Source of the DNA: Octopus vulgaris
Taxonomy: Eukaryota
DNA: 64,000 nt
Assembly (NCBI GenBank): GCA_951406725.2
Contig: OX597823.1
Coordinates: 52,452,001 to 52,516,000, forward strand
Direction: 5' to 3'
The notes below the pieces were generated by a model. That model was not told where the DNA came from. It saw nothing but the letters and a program-made list of their open reading frames with translations, and searched no databases. Positions 1-13,960 of the stretch are shown here, in pieces. The first letter of the stretch is position 1. Each line of letters opens with the position of its first letter. Position numbers and translations under genes: made by a program.

Positions 1-97
1 AGCTTCAAATGTGTGTCTTTCTATGTGTATAAAAATGTATATATAATGCATATATACACATATACTTATTCATACATAGATACATATAAACATACAG

Positions 98-152
<55 letters not shown>

Positions 153-878
153 TATACATATATGCACCAAAACCTATCAAAGTATCAAAGTATACATATA
201 CACTTATATACATATATATACACATATACATATGTATGTATATATATATATGTGTGTGTGTGTATGTATGCACATATACACACATATGCATATAAACATG
301 AGTCAAATATTTGCTTATGTTTGTTAACCAGTTATGTATCAATATTTGAGTATCTTGACAAACCCCATGGTAATATATGTGTATAGATAGACAGATAGGT
401 AGACAGATATATATCTGTCTACATATGAATATATGTATGTATTTATGTATGCATGCTTGTTTGTATATATGTATACTTATCCATGTACAATATAACATAT
501 TACATAAATTCTTTTATTTACATTTTTACCTACTTTGTGTAATGAGCTTATTTACTTTATTCCTTTATTCATACTCTATTTCTTTTTTATAATATAATTT
601 GTTTACATTTATTTCATGTGGGTTAACATTTAGTACATATTCATCATTCAGATATGGATGTAGTTAAAGAAAGAAAATAAAAAAAATTAGTTTTATTTGG
701 AAATTACAAGGAATGTGAAAGGATACTTGCAACAGAATAATATTTTTGATACATTAGGAAATAATGAGATTTAATCATATTCAATTACATATTACATTTT
801 ACTTATAACAATGCATATATGAAGGAATATTTGAAAGTTGGTGTTGTATATTTATGCATGTGTCTGTATGCATGGCAA

Positions 879-922
<44 letters not shown>

Positions 923-1029
923 TATATATATGTATTTCCAAATATGTGCTTGTGTGAGTGCTTGTATAAATATATATATATATGTACGTATGTATGTGTA
1001 TGTGTATATATGTATAATATATATGTATG

Positions 1030-1673
<644 letters not shown>

Positions 1674-2571
1674 TAACAATGTCAGTCATTCCCTACACCA
1701 TACACCATACACTGTACACCTCAATTATTTTTGCATGAAAATTATCTTACCAATCAATTATGTTAATTAGACAGGTGTGATGCTTGAAGTTGCTTGTGAT
1801 GAAAAATCTACAGTGGCATTTAGAAAATGGATACAAATTAGTTGGAGGCAAATTCTAATTAAACTACTACATAGTTTACATTAGTTCTGCCATGATGAGC
1901 TCAGGAACATTGTTTCTTTGAAAGTTTTGCAGTAAAACTCTGCTCATCCACCACACCACCACCGCCACAACCATCACTACTACCCTACACCAACTCTACA
2001 TACTTTGCATATTGGTTGTTTCATTCTCTACTCTTCAGAATACAAATGCACTAGCTAAATGATATTTCTTTTTCCTGACCAGCTTTTATCTCTTAGTCAT
2101 GTCATGATGTTGGTATGTGTCATCATGACAGCGGCATGCAACTTACAGTGGTTGTAGTACATCACAATCACACTAGCATACAGTCAGCTTCACACATATT
2201 ACTTTAGTTACTAGCAATAGTTATAAAGGCAGGCTTAGTGCCTTTAAGAGAAACAACCTATGCACACAGACCTGTCAGTACCTGCTGTACTGACTACTAT
2301 CAATTCTAATGTGAAAACCTGCAAATACAAACCACTCATAGTCTGTTCAAATGTGTTACTTTGGTTCAAAAATACCAAAGTTTTGTATTATAGTACTATT
2401 TTGTAATAAAGTAAACTTTCAGAAGTGCTTCATTTAGTTATTGCTTTATCAAATTCTATGCAAATACCACATACTTGATATTATTATAAAGTCTTTCAAA
2501 TTAGTGCAAACAGTTATAGAGCACAAATAATAATTCCTTAGTACTTTTCCATGACAGTACTATAATAATGA

Positions 2572-2689
<118 letters not shown>

Positions 2690-2794
2690 CAATACATTAA
2701 TACTAATATAATAATAGTTATAATAATCATATTGTAATATAAAAAATTTATTAAGATTCTTCAAAATCTTCCTGACAAACAAACGAAGATTAGG

Positions 2795-2831
<37 letters not shown>

Positions 2832-3665
2832 ATATATCTTTTATATATGTTACTTGTGTCAGTCATTAGACTGTGATCATGCTGGGGCACTACTTTCAAG
2901 AAATTTTATTAAAAATAAAAAATCAACTCCAGTACTTATTTGTTTATTAGCCCAGAACTTGTATGTAAAGAGAAATTATGCTACATCATGATGTACTAGT
3001 TTATTTCCCTTCAGAAATAAAAATCTGAGTTGTATTATTTATTATATTGGTAACCAAATTATTTAGAAGTTGATATATAAGAACACCAGGAAAGAATAGC
3101 ATGTGTAAAAGTTTTTAAACTGTACTATTTTGAAAAATGCACCAAACATAAGTTGGAATATCTAAGCATACACAATGAAACTATGACAAAAATCATAAAA
3201 GCTCATGAGGTATATATTTCTGGTTGCCTTAATTGGGCTATGGTTATTGAGAGATCTACCTACAGGTGTATATATACAGGTTTATATACATGGTTGTATT
3301 CACATTGGTGATGTTTGACAATATAGATACACAATCTAACACGGTACAAGAGTTTAGCCAATTTAAAAGCAAACACAGACAAGCAGGTATTCATATATAT
3401 ATATGTGTGTGTGTATATGTTTGTGTGAGAAATTTATGGTTGTGCAAGTGTGTATAGTTATGTAGATTGTCTTAGGAGTGATTATATGTACAATTGTGCA
3501 ATTTTGTGCATATATATGTGCGTGTGTATGTATATATTATCATACAATTATACATATGCACATAGTATATATAAGTACATAAGCGATACATACATGGACA
3601 TAATTATGCACATATATATCTATCCATACATATACGTCTCTCTCTCGTCTCTCTCTTCCTATATA

Positions 3666-3735
<70 letters not shown>

Positions 3736-3824
3736 TATATATATATATGTATATGCAATATATATATACACATATATATATATACATATATATATATATG
3801 TATATATATAATATATTGTATATG

Positions 3825-3882
<58 letters not shown>

Positions 3883-3996
3883 AATACATCTATATATGCC
3901 TTTACTTACACATTCATATAGACATATAAATACATACATATATAAAAATATATATTAGATATATATCTGTTATATGCATATATATATAAATATATA

Positions 3997-4028
<32 letters not shown>

Positions 4029-4233
4029 GCATGTACATATGTATGTATGCATGTATAGTGGTATGTATCTTCAAATATAAGGATGTAAATGTATATTTGA
4101 ATATAGTTTATGGCAAAATATTCACGTGTATTATTGGAACAGTTATTAAACACGTATATAAATTTAAATTTAAACATAATCTTTTATATTTATTTAAGGA
4201 TCTTACCTCTTTTAAACTCATATATACATTTTA

Positions 4234-4274
<41 letters not shown>

Positions 4275-5467
4275 CTATCAGCACAGACACAAATATGAGC
4301 TCAGACCACAAACACATACATATGTAGTTTATAAATATGCATATACATCATCATCATCGTTTATATATATATATATACATACATACATACATCCATCCAT
4401 CCATCCATCCATCCATCCATCCATCCATCCATCCATCCATCATCCATCCATCCATCCATCCATACATACATACATACATACATACACACATAGGAATATA
4501 TATGCATGCATTCATATAGGCATCATCATCACTAGCTTTATGCTTGCTAGTTTTCCAATGTTGGTATGGAAAAACAAGTGTGCATATATCATATATTTAG
4601 ATACATACATATTAATTTATAGATATTTATTAATCTTTCTGCCTCCAATATTTCTCTCTATTTCACTATATATTAAAGCAAAGCATATCAATATACAGCC
4701 ATTGATACATGTATACCCATACATATAGATGTACATATTTATATATTCACTAACATGAACATATGCAATAATATATTAACCTCAAAATTACCCTCAACAC
4801 TGCACAGATATAATATACTTCACTCATTTCATGTTTATAGACATATTTACTTGATATTTAAATCCATAAACATACATAGATTTAAATACTAACTCACACA
4901 CATACATAAATATATTTATATCAATATGAATATCCATGTATGATTGTATGTATTTATGTATCTATGTAATATCTATACAAATGTATAACATATATATATA
5001 TAAATATATACATTTATATATATACACTCACACACACATATATGTACAAATACATACATATATACATATTCATATATATATATATTTATATATATATATA
5101 CACACATACATAGATGCGTACATACATACATATATGCATGCATACATGCACACACATACATGCAGAAATATGTGCATGCAATTTTTAAATTCTCTTTAAT
5201 ATTTTGTTTAGAATCTAATAGCTAATCCTACCATTTAATTTGTGAAATATGCCATATGAGAAAAGTATGTCTTAACAATACTTGTGTTTGGAATTTGGGA
5301 AAATATCATTTTAAATTCATACAAAATCTATATACATGGTGTCCCTAGATACATTCATATCTATATCTATCTATATATGTCTGTGTATGTATTATATAAA
5401 TATGTATATGTGTGAGTATGAGTAAGTGTGTTTGTGTGTGTTTATATACAATAATTATTATATACTA

Positions 5468-5513
<46 letters not shown>

Positions 5514-5520
5514 GTTATAT

Positions 5521-6200
5521 AAGGCAGTGAGTTGGCAGAATCATTGCATTCCAGGCAAAATTTTGTCCGTCTTTACAGTCTGAGTTCAAATTCAGCGCAG
5601 ATCGACTTTGCCTTTCATCCTTTCAGGGTCAATAAATTAAGTACCCGTGAAACACTGGGGTTAATGTAATCAACTAGTCCCCACCCCAAAATTTGATACC
5701 TTGTGCTTCCAGCAGAAAGGATTATTATTATTATTATTATTATTATTATTGTTATTATTATTACTATTATACAGTGGTGAGCTACCAGAATTGTTAGCAT
5801 GCTGGGCAAAATACTTCACTGCATTTCAACTGTCTTTACGTTCTGGGTTCAAATTCTGCTAAGGCCAACTTTGTCTTTCATCCTTTTGGAGTTGATTAAT
5901 TAAATACCAGTTGAGTACTGGAGTTGATGTGATCGACTCTCCCCACAAAATTCAGATCTTGTACCTGTACTAGAAAGTGTTATTATATATTATGTATGTA
6001 TCTATTGTTATTATTATTGTTATTGTTATACGGTGGCAAGCTGGCGGAACTGTTAGCATACTGGGAAAAATACTTCTTTACATTCTGAGTTCAAATTCCA
6101 CTAAAGTCGAATATGTCTTTTCTCCTTTCGAGTTCGATAAATTAAATACCAGTTGCGTACTGGGGTCAATGTAATTTCAGGCCTTGGTCCCTTTGAAAGG
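5521..6200 (+). mobile_element. Three tandem copies of tRNA-derived SINE family B separated by (ATT)n tracts
   Basis: Copies at ~5521-5720, 5773-5976 and 6031-6200 share the head GGCAGTGAGYTGGCAGAA, a B-box-like GAGTTCAAATTC and the body GTCGACTTTGCCTTTCATCC. Confidence 0.85.
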
Positions 6201-6396
6201 AGCATGATTATTTTATAAGCATCTATAAACCTATATATTTGTTTGTGTGTTTCTGTGCATGTATGTGTATATTTATATGGGTGTTTGTATGTGTGTGCGT
6301 ATGAGTATGAGTGCATGCATGTGTATGTACATGTGTATGTGTATGTATACTTGTGTGTATATATATATATATATATATACACTCCTGTCACAACCT

Positions 6397-6440
6397 GAGA
6401 CCTTGAAGACTGCTTTACTGCAAGAAAGTATACTAGTCCC
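6397..6440 (+). ncRNA. Candidate minimal hammerhead ribozyme, variant core
   Basis: gagac-CTTGAAGA-c-tgc-tttact-gca-a-GAAA-GTATAC-TA-gtccc. Palindromic stem III AGTATACT; the core has an extra or variant U and stem I is imperfect. It lies in a ~245-bp island (6380-6625) between (TA)n runs. Confidence 0.5.
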
Positions 6441-6625
6441 TTAATATTTCATTTATTCAATAAGACAATCAATACTTCATTTCATTTTACTATATATACT
6501 ATATATACTATATATTCTATATTCTACATTAATATTATAAAGAATATAAATAAAACATAAAAAAACAGAGTTGGAATTCCTTTGAATAATATATATCCCT
6601 CTATACACAATCATACAAACCCTTT

Positions 6626-6680
<55 letters not shown>

Positions 6681-6925
6681 ATTTAGATATGCATTCTCAT
6701 GCTGAGTGAAATGAGAGTAGGATCTAACAAAGGACTTATTTAAACAATCCCCTGAAGGAGGTGCATTTTACACTTTGGATGGATGTTAATGATTACACAG
6801 AAACTCACCAATGTACTACAAGTGTAGACATGTATCAAAACAATTGTAGTGATTTTAGATAATGTTGTTCATTCCATTTTCAATCATTTATCTAAGCTTA
6901 ACTATGTATGTATAAATTTCTCTCA

Positions 6926-7014
<89 letters not shown>

Positions 7015-7016
<2 letters not shown>

Positions 7017-7280
7017 GCCTCGCCTGGCCCCCGTGCCGGTGGCACGTAAAAGCACCATCCGTTCATGGCCGTTTGCCAGCTCTGTCTGGCACCTGTGCAG
7101 GTGGCACATAAAAAGCACCCAATACACTTACGGAGTGGTTGGTGTTAGGAAGGGCATCCAGCCGTAGAAACACTGCCAGATCTGACTGGGCCTGATGAAG
7201 CCTTCCGGCTTCACAGACCCCAGTTGAACCGTCCAACCCATGCTAGCATGAAAAACGGACGCTAAATGATGATGATGATA
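7015..7280 (+). mobile_element. Repeat family D (SINE-like, RTE-type 3' end, (GAT)n tail)
   Basis: GGCACGTAAAAGCACC units, then GGAAGGGCATCCAGCCGTAGAAAC...CCAACCCATGCTAGCATG, then (GAT)n. Recurs many times in the window. Confidence 0.8.
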
Positions 7281-7349
7281 TATATATATATATGCATATA
7301 TGTACGTAAATATATGTTTTATATATATATATATGTATGTATATATATG

Positions 7350-7601
7350 TTGGACATAAGAAGCATTGGATGTGGCATGCAAAAGAGATGTTTGTGTTGG
7401 TATGGTCATGTACTACGGATGGATGAGGAGAGCTGCGTGAAGAAGTGCCACTCCCAAACAGTGGAAGAAATCCAGGGTAGTGGGAGACCCAGGAAGACAT
7501 GGGATGATGTGGTGAAGCATGACCTTCGAACATTGGGCCACACAGAGGCAATGACGAGAGACCGAGACCTCTGGAGATATGCTGTGACTGAGAAGACCTG
7601 A
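7350..7601 (+). mobile_element. RTE-clade LINE 3' fragment
   Basis: Translation WYGHVLRMDEESCVKKC...GRPRKTWDDVVKHDL...DRDLWR is a typical RTE ORF C-terminus. Confidence 0.85.
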
Positions 7602-7779
7602 CAAATAAAGTGAGTTCACAACTGTAACCTACACTAGTGTCACATAACCAGCCCATTCAAAAAGTACCTTGAATTGTAGGGCGACATGCCGTGCTTGAGG
7701 AGACATATTGAGTCAAGTACATCAAAATCAAAATCAAAATCAAATCAAATTACAATCAAATGGAAATTGTAGTTGTGGT

Positions 7780-8420
7780 CTTCATGCCAGTGACTTGTAA
7801 AAAGCACCATCCGAATGTGGCCAATGCCAGTACCACCTTGACTGGCTTCCATGCCAGTGGCACGTAAAAAGCAGCATCCAATCATGGTCAATGCCAGCCT
7901 ACTCTGGTCCCTTTGCTGGTGGCATGTGAAAAAAGCACCCACTACACTCTTGGAGTAGTTGGCCTTAGGAAGGACATCCAGCAGTAGAAACACTGCCAGA
8001 TCAGACTGGAGCCTGGTGCAGCTTCCTGGCTTCCCAGACTCCAGTTGAACTATCCAACCCATGCCAGCATGGAAAAAAGACATTAAACGATGATGATGAT
8101 GATGATATATATGTATCTATATATATATCTATATCATCAGTGTTTTCATTTAACGTCTATTTTCCATGCTGGCATGGGTTGGACGGTTTGACTGAGGGCT
8201 GGCAAGCCAGAAGGCTGCACCAAGCTCCAATCTGATCTGGCAAACTTTCTACAGCTGGATGCCCTTCTTTATGCCAACCACTCCGAGAGTGTAGTGGGTG
8301 CTTTTTACATGCCACCAACATGAGGGCCAGTTTAGAATTACTGGCATTAACCATACTTGAATAGTGGTTTTTACATGCCATCGGCATGTGACCCAGTCAG
8401 GTGACACTAGAAACGACCAC
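7780..8420. mobile_element. Two family D copies in inverted orientation (7780-8105 +, ~8140-8420 -)
   Basis: CCAACCCATGCCAGCATGG on +, and its reverse complement CCATGCTGGCATGGGTTGG at ~8164. Confidence 0.75.
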
Positions 8421-9032
8421 ACTTTGCCAAAGAAAGAAGAAGTCTGTACTCAACACATTGTCATGGGGTATATTATTTATATTATTTATTTAAGTGAACA
8501 CATGTTGAGTTTCATGCTATTTCACTCTTCAGGTATGAACTGCTTTTGTCCATTGTCATTTTATATACATTGATATTGTTTTATAAGTTTGCTTATGGCT
8601 ATAAATTCTGATCAGTTATTTTTCAATATCATCTGGTATTTAATTTTTTGTTAGGACCAAACAACTTGCTTATGCTCATCATTTTGTTTCCTTTTTGCCA
8701 ATATTGGTTTGTTATGTCATATTACCCTAGGATATTGACTACAGTGCATGGTGTCTCATTTGCTAATTCCTTCTTTTTTGCATTCATTTGTTAATCTTGT
8801 TCTTGTGAAAGCATGTAGGTTAGTGGCTAAGATATTTGGCTCAAAATTGTAAGGTCGTGAGTTTGATTCCCAGCGACATGTTGTGTTCTTAAACAAGACA
8901 TGCTCTTCCTGTCCAATCAACTGGCAAAAGCGAGTACTAGCTATATTTCAAAGGGCATCCTTGTCACAATCTGTGTCTTGCCAAATCTCCCTGAGATCTA
9001 CATTAAGGGTATGCATGTCTAGGTATGCATGT

Positions 9033-9262
9033 AAGGCAGTGAGCTGGCAGAAACGTTAGCATGCCGGGCGAAATGCTTTGCGGTATTTCGTCTGCCGTTG
9101 CGTTCCGAGTTCAAATTCTGCCGAGGTCGACTTTGCCTTTCATCCTTTCGGGGTTGATAAATTAAGTACCAGTTACGCATGGGGTCAAGGTAATCGACTT
9201 AATACCTATGTCTGTCCTTGTTCGTCCCCTCTGTGTTTAGCCCCTTGTGGGTAGTAAAGAAA
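9033..9262 (+). mobile_element. SINE family B, young copy with 13-bp target-site duplication
   Basis: TAGGTATGCATGT at 9020-9032 and 9263-9275 flanks the copy; B-box GAGTTCAAATTC. Confidence 0.9.
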
Positions 9263-9280
9263 TAGGTATGCATGTCTAGT

Positions 9281-9715
9281 GTAAGAGTGGCTGAGTGGTA
9301 AGTAGCTTGCTTACCAACCACATGGTTCTAGGTTCAGTCCCACTGCGTGGCACCTTGGGCAAGTGTCTTCTACTATAGCTTCAGGCCGACCAAAGCCTTG
9401 TGAGTGGATTTGGTAGATGGAAACTGAAAGACGCCCATCGTATATATGTATATATATATATATGTGTATGTGTGTGTGCGTGTGTGTGTGTGTGTGTGTG
9501 TATGTTTGTGTGTCTGTGTTTGTCCCCCCCAACATTGCTTGACAACCGATGCTAGCAGGTTTACATCCCGGTAACTTAGCAGTTCGGCAAAAGAGACCGA
9601 TAGAATAAGTACTAGGCTTACAAAGAATAAGTCCTGGGGTCGATTTGCTCAATTAAAGGCGGTGCTCCAGCATGGCCGCAGTTAAATGACTGAAACAAAT
9701 AAAAGAGAAAGAGAG
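9281..9715 (+). mobile_element. tRNA-derived SINE family A (CORE-like motif, internal (TA)n(TG)n), full length
   Basis: A-box TGGCTGAGTGG, B-box-like GGTTCAGTCCC, CORE-like CCTTGGGCAAGT, internal microsatellite, 3' CAGCATGGCCGCAG...TGAAAC and an AAAAGAG tail. More than 20 copies or fragments in the window. Confidence 0.9.
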
Positions 9716-10200
9716 ATGTCTATGGAGTGCTCAGCCTGTTAATCTCATGATTAATTGCATGTTAATCTCCTGAGCAGGCTGTTCTCTTGATCTAATCAGC
9801 TAGAACACTCGTCATCATATCCAATGAATTGCCAGTTAATGTTACTTTGTTTATCTGTGTATAACATTGTTCTAAATTTAGGGATATAGCATGATGCAGT
9901 TCAGTATTTGTTCTATTTCTGATATTCAGTTTCTTTAAGGGGCCTTAGAATCGGTTGTATAATTTATATTCTTATATCTTGTTTCTGTCTTTGTACTGTG
10001 GCCATGCAGGGTGTACTACCTTATGAGGTTTGGTTGAATGAATTGACCCTAGTACTTATTTTTAAACCTGGCACTAAATCCATTATTTTCTTATTGCCAA
10101 ATCACAAAATTACAGGGATATAAACAAACCAACACCAATTATCAAGCTGTGATGAGGAACAAACACAAACACAAAGATGAACATACATTTGTGTGTGTAT

Positions 10201-10246
<46 letters not shown>

Positions 10247-10495
10247 TTAGTCATTTATTCTTTTGCTTGCTTCAGTCATTTGACTACAGCCACGTTGGAG
10301 CACTACCTTGAGGGGCTTTAGTTGAACAAATCAACCCCAGGACTTATTTTTTTTAAGCTTAGTACTTATTTTATCAGTCTCTTTCGTTGAACTGCTAAGT
10401 TAAACACACCATCACCAGTTGTCATGCAGTATGGGGGTACAAACACAGACTCAAAGACACACACATAAATATATACATATATATATATTTTTTTT

Positions 10496-11170
10496 TATAT
10501 AATTAGGGTTCAGCAAAAAAAATTGCTTTACCACATACCGAACTTTTAGAAATAGCAGCCAAAGAATTTAGCTATTTCCTCTACTATAAGAAGAGTCTCC
10601 CAGAAACAATTTACGTAGGCATAGAGGGAAAAATAACGAAAGTTCACTCGAAATTAGATTACTTGTGAACGCGTTTCTGGGTTATAGAGATAGAGATGCT
10701 AGAAATACATACCTATTCTAACATTCCCGTCATCAGCACAAGGTTTCATTAAATTTAAATTTGAGAGCACTCAAAATCGAACATACCCATCTGATTTGAG
10801 TAACCTCAGACAAACCACCCTCGACATCCAGTACTAACAAGTTCGAAACATACGAATGAGGCTCTGCATCTTCCCCTGTCCACCCACGTGAGTTATAGAG
10901 CAACAAATTCCTACAGAGGAGTTCGTAGTTTATTATCAGGGAATGAATTATATTGTCAATAATAATAAGGGTAAAATTAATTAATTAATTAATAATTAAT
11001 AATTTTACCAAGCAGTGTTCAGTATGTAAAAGGACCATTTATGGTAAATTTATACTTTATATAATTAGGGTTCAGCAAAAAGATTTGCTTTACCACATAC
11101 TGAACTTTTTAGAAATAGCAGCTATTTCTTCTACTATAAGAAGAGTCTCCTAGACAATGTCTACTCAAAA
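10496..11170 (-). mobile_element. Non-autonomous Penelope-like/retrozyme-like element, 562-bp unit, 1.2 tandem copies
   Basis: AATTAGGGTTCAGCAAAA at 10501 recurs at 11063 (period 562). No ORF, carries a hammerhead, inserted in (TA)n, homologous to 57925-58836. Confidence 0.8.
10662..10742 (-). ncRNA. Type I hammerhead ribozyme (Penelope-type minimal stem III)
   Basis: Minus strand: CTTGTG-CTGATGA-c-GGG...(ATGTTAGAA/TTCTAGCAT hairpin)...CCC-a-GAAA-CGCG-TT-CACAAG. Perfect 6-bp stem I; palindromic ACGCGT stem III. Confidence 0.85.
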
Positions 11171-11172
11171 AC

Positions 11173-11224
<52 letters not shown>

Positions 11225-11770
11225 GGCCTCTTTCATTTTGTCTGCCAAATCCACTAACAAGGATTTGGTTGGCCCAAAGTAGAAGACACTTGCCCAAGGT
11301 GCCATGCAGTAGGACTGAACCCAAAACCATGTGGTTGGGAAGCAAGCTTCTTACCACACAACCATGCTGTAGACTTCTTTCAGTTTCCATCTACCAAATC
11401 CACTCTCAAGGCTTTGATCAGCCCAGAGATTTAGTAGAACACATTTGCCCAGTGTAACTAAACCTGAAGCAATGTGCCTTGGAAGCAAACTTCATCACTT
11501 TAAATAATTTTTCTGAAGCTCCAAATTGTTTTTTGTTATTTTGATATAATCATATTTTTTTTTGTTTATTTGTAACTGTATTTCTGATATTCTGTTCATT
11601 TCTCTTTGTTTCACTTGTTTCTTGTACAATCTTGTTATTATATTTTGTCAGTTCTTTAATTGTTTTGCTGGTGATTTATTTTTATTCATTGTTCTATATT
11701 TGCTAATTCAAAGATTTTGCTTTCTTTTATTGAAATATTGTATACATACACACATATATACATACATACA

Positions 11771-11803
<33 letters not shown>

Positions 11804-11817
11804 GTTTGTGTATATAT

Positions 11818-11868
<51 letters not shown>

Positions 11869-12089
11869 TATATATATCTATAGTGTTAACAGAGCTAGTG
11901 GTTATAATAACCAACTAAGGGATAAAATATTCATATATACCATCGGTATCTGTTATCTGTATTATCCTCAGGCATTGATGTGCAAGCACACCATGCACGT
12001 AGAGTACAGATAAAAACAGGATAAACAAGAGTTTATCAGGAACCAATGCAAATAATCATATATAATGTACATGTACATGTACATGTGTC

Positions 12090-12126
<37 letters not shown>

Positions 12127-12457
12127 GTGTGTGTGTTTGTGTGTGTGTGCATGTATATACATACATGTATATAGAGTCACCAGATGAGATCAAGAAATGC
12201 GCAATATTGAAAACACTTAGTAGCACACAAAGGAATTGAACTTACACTTCAGAATCTTTACCGACGACTAAGTCTGCAGAGTAACGATTGGCTATGATTA
12301 ATCCAGGTGAGCAGTTATGAAAATAATGATGCAAATTAACAAATAAAACTGCTTGGGTTAGATATTATAAGAAATATGCATACATGTATACATGTAAATA
12401 AAGTAAAAGCAAAGACTGAACATTTTCAGACAATGAATATTCAAGCATAAACTTATA

Positions 12458-13626
12458 TCAGGTTGAGTAAAAAGTAGGCAACGTTTTAACCCATGAAGAA
12501 TCTGTACTGGATTTTTGCAGAGTTTTGAATTCTTTTTAAATATTTTTTTGTAATTGTCTGATAAAATAGATGTAGACTTGCCCAAATGCATCAATAAATT
12601 AACATTGATATATTTTTTTTCCTATTGTTATAATCATCTGAAATGGAACTGTCAAAGTGCGATATTTGAGCAATGTTGCTATTCAACTTCAAAAAAGGAT
12701 ATAACACAGCTGAAACTGGTCATGATATCAACAAAATGTTTGGTGAGAAAATGACCAGTGAATGGGTCAGTTCAAAAATGGTTTAAACAATTTCACAGTA
12801 GAGACCTGAGCCATGAAGATTGTGAGCATAGTCAATTAAAGACCGTCATTAAGAAAGATCCATATAAAACCACTCAAGAACTGGCAAAAGATCTTCAAGT
12901 TAGCCAGAAAATCAAAAAAGCTCAACTAATGGATACCACACGATTTGAAGGAAAATCAGAAAATGTGTAGATATGAAATTTGCTCATTCCTTCTTCTTTG
13001 TAACCAGACTGATCCATTTCTCAACTGTTTTGTAACTTGCAAAGAAAAGTGGATTCTGTACAATAATAAAAAATGTTTTTCAGTGTTTGCATCAAAATGA
13101 AAGCACCAAAAGCCTTCCCTAAAAAAGAAGGTTATGATGACTGTTTGGTGTTGTACTGCAGGACTCATCCACTATAACTTCTTAAATCTCAGAAAAACCA
13201 TTACAGCAGAAACATATTGCTATGAAATTGCCAAAATGAATGAAAAACTGCTACTCCTCTATCCCAGATTGGTCAACAGAAGACAGCCAATCATTCTTCA
13301 TGACAATGCTCATCCACACAGTTCCCAAATGACACTCCAGAAGTCGAGGAAACTTGACTACGAAGTTCTTCTCCACCCGGCTTATTCCCCAGACCTTTCT
13401 CCTACCAGCTACCACTTTTACAAACACCCTGGTTGTTTCCTAAAGTGTTCATCAGCCCCAGAACTCCAGATTCTTATGATACCAGAATAAACAAACTTAT
13501 AACTCATTGGGAAAAATGTATTGATTGTAATGGTACTTACTTTGATGAATAAAATTCCTGCCTTGTTGAAATATACTGTGGTGAATTTCATGCTTCAAAA
13601 CGTTGCTTATATTTTGCTCAGCCTGA
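12458..13626 (+). mobile_element. Mariner (DD34D) transposon, full length, degenerate
   Basis: TIRs TCAGGTTGAGTAAAAAGTAGGCAACGTTTT and AAAACGTTGCTTATATTTTGCTCAGCCTGA with TA at both ends. Confidence 0.92.
12643..13552 (+). pseudogene. Mariner transposase pseudogene
   Basis: Frameshifted motifs EKWILYNN, KKVMMTVW, ILHDNAHPH, HPAYSPDLSPTSY (third catalytic D lost) and C-terminal WEKCIDCNGTYFDE*. Confidence 0.9.
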
Positions 13627-13699
13627 TAGATGTTTATATATCAACCTAATGTTTATATGCTTCCATAACTGGTTGCATATTTTGGTGAACTACATCAGC

Positions 13700-13958
13700 C
13701 AACATTATGAAGTAACGCTGAGCACTCAGAAACAGCTGTTAGACCTGTTACACTAGACCTTCACCCTTTTAATTCTCTGTGCCATTGTACTCTGTGTAAG
13801 CTTGCACTGTTAATATATAAATAGCTATATATTTATACTTGAGTATTGATCATCTGAAAATCTGCAGCCTTTGCTTTCTCTCCATTTACATGTATGTATA
13901 TTTTGTATATCTAATCCGAGGAATTTTATTCATTAAATAGCATCATTATTTACATGCA
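13700..13958 (+). mobile_element. Probable Penelope-like terminal-repeat fragment with the 3' half of a hammerhead
   Basis: a-GAAA-CAGCTG-TT-agacc at ~13728-13745 (palindrome ACAGCTGT). No CUGANGA upstream, so it is truncated. Confidence 0.35.
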
Positions 13959-13960
13959 TG

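Larger units (their letters stand above)
8806..9835 (+). mobile_element. tRNA-derived SINE family C, interrupted by nested SINE B and SINE A
   Basis: tRNA-like head (GAGTTTGATTCCC). The body stops at AAGGGTATGCATGTCT (~9020) and resumes at ATGTCTATGGAGTGCTCAG (~9716). An uninterrupted relative lies at 56228-56545. Confidence 0.75.
10255..11370 (-). mobile_element. SINE family A split by the ribozyme element inserted in its internal (TA)n
   Basis: The 3' half at 10255-10490 and the 5' half at 11220-11370 flank the 10496-11170 insert. Confidence 0.8.

Noticed and set aside
7192-7215. CTGATGA followed by the hairpin AGCC-TTCC-GGCT
   Set aside because: No GAAA follows; it is a mutated part of the family D body. 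Other CUGANGA...GAAA hits (~2020, 8520, 13436, 23308, 43362) lack stems.
11937-11971. Minus-strand CUGAGGA...GAUA-CCGAUGG-UA hammerhead-like relic
   Set aside because: GAAA is mutated and neither stem I nor stem II pairs; too decayed to call.
12458-13626. Active or domesticated transposases (also 56681-57686 and 63637-64000)
   Set aside because: Multiple stops and frameshifts; the mariner copy has also lost its third catalytic Asp.
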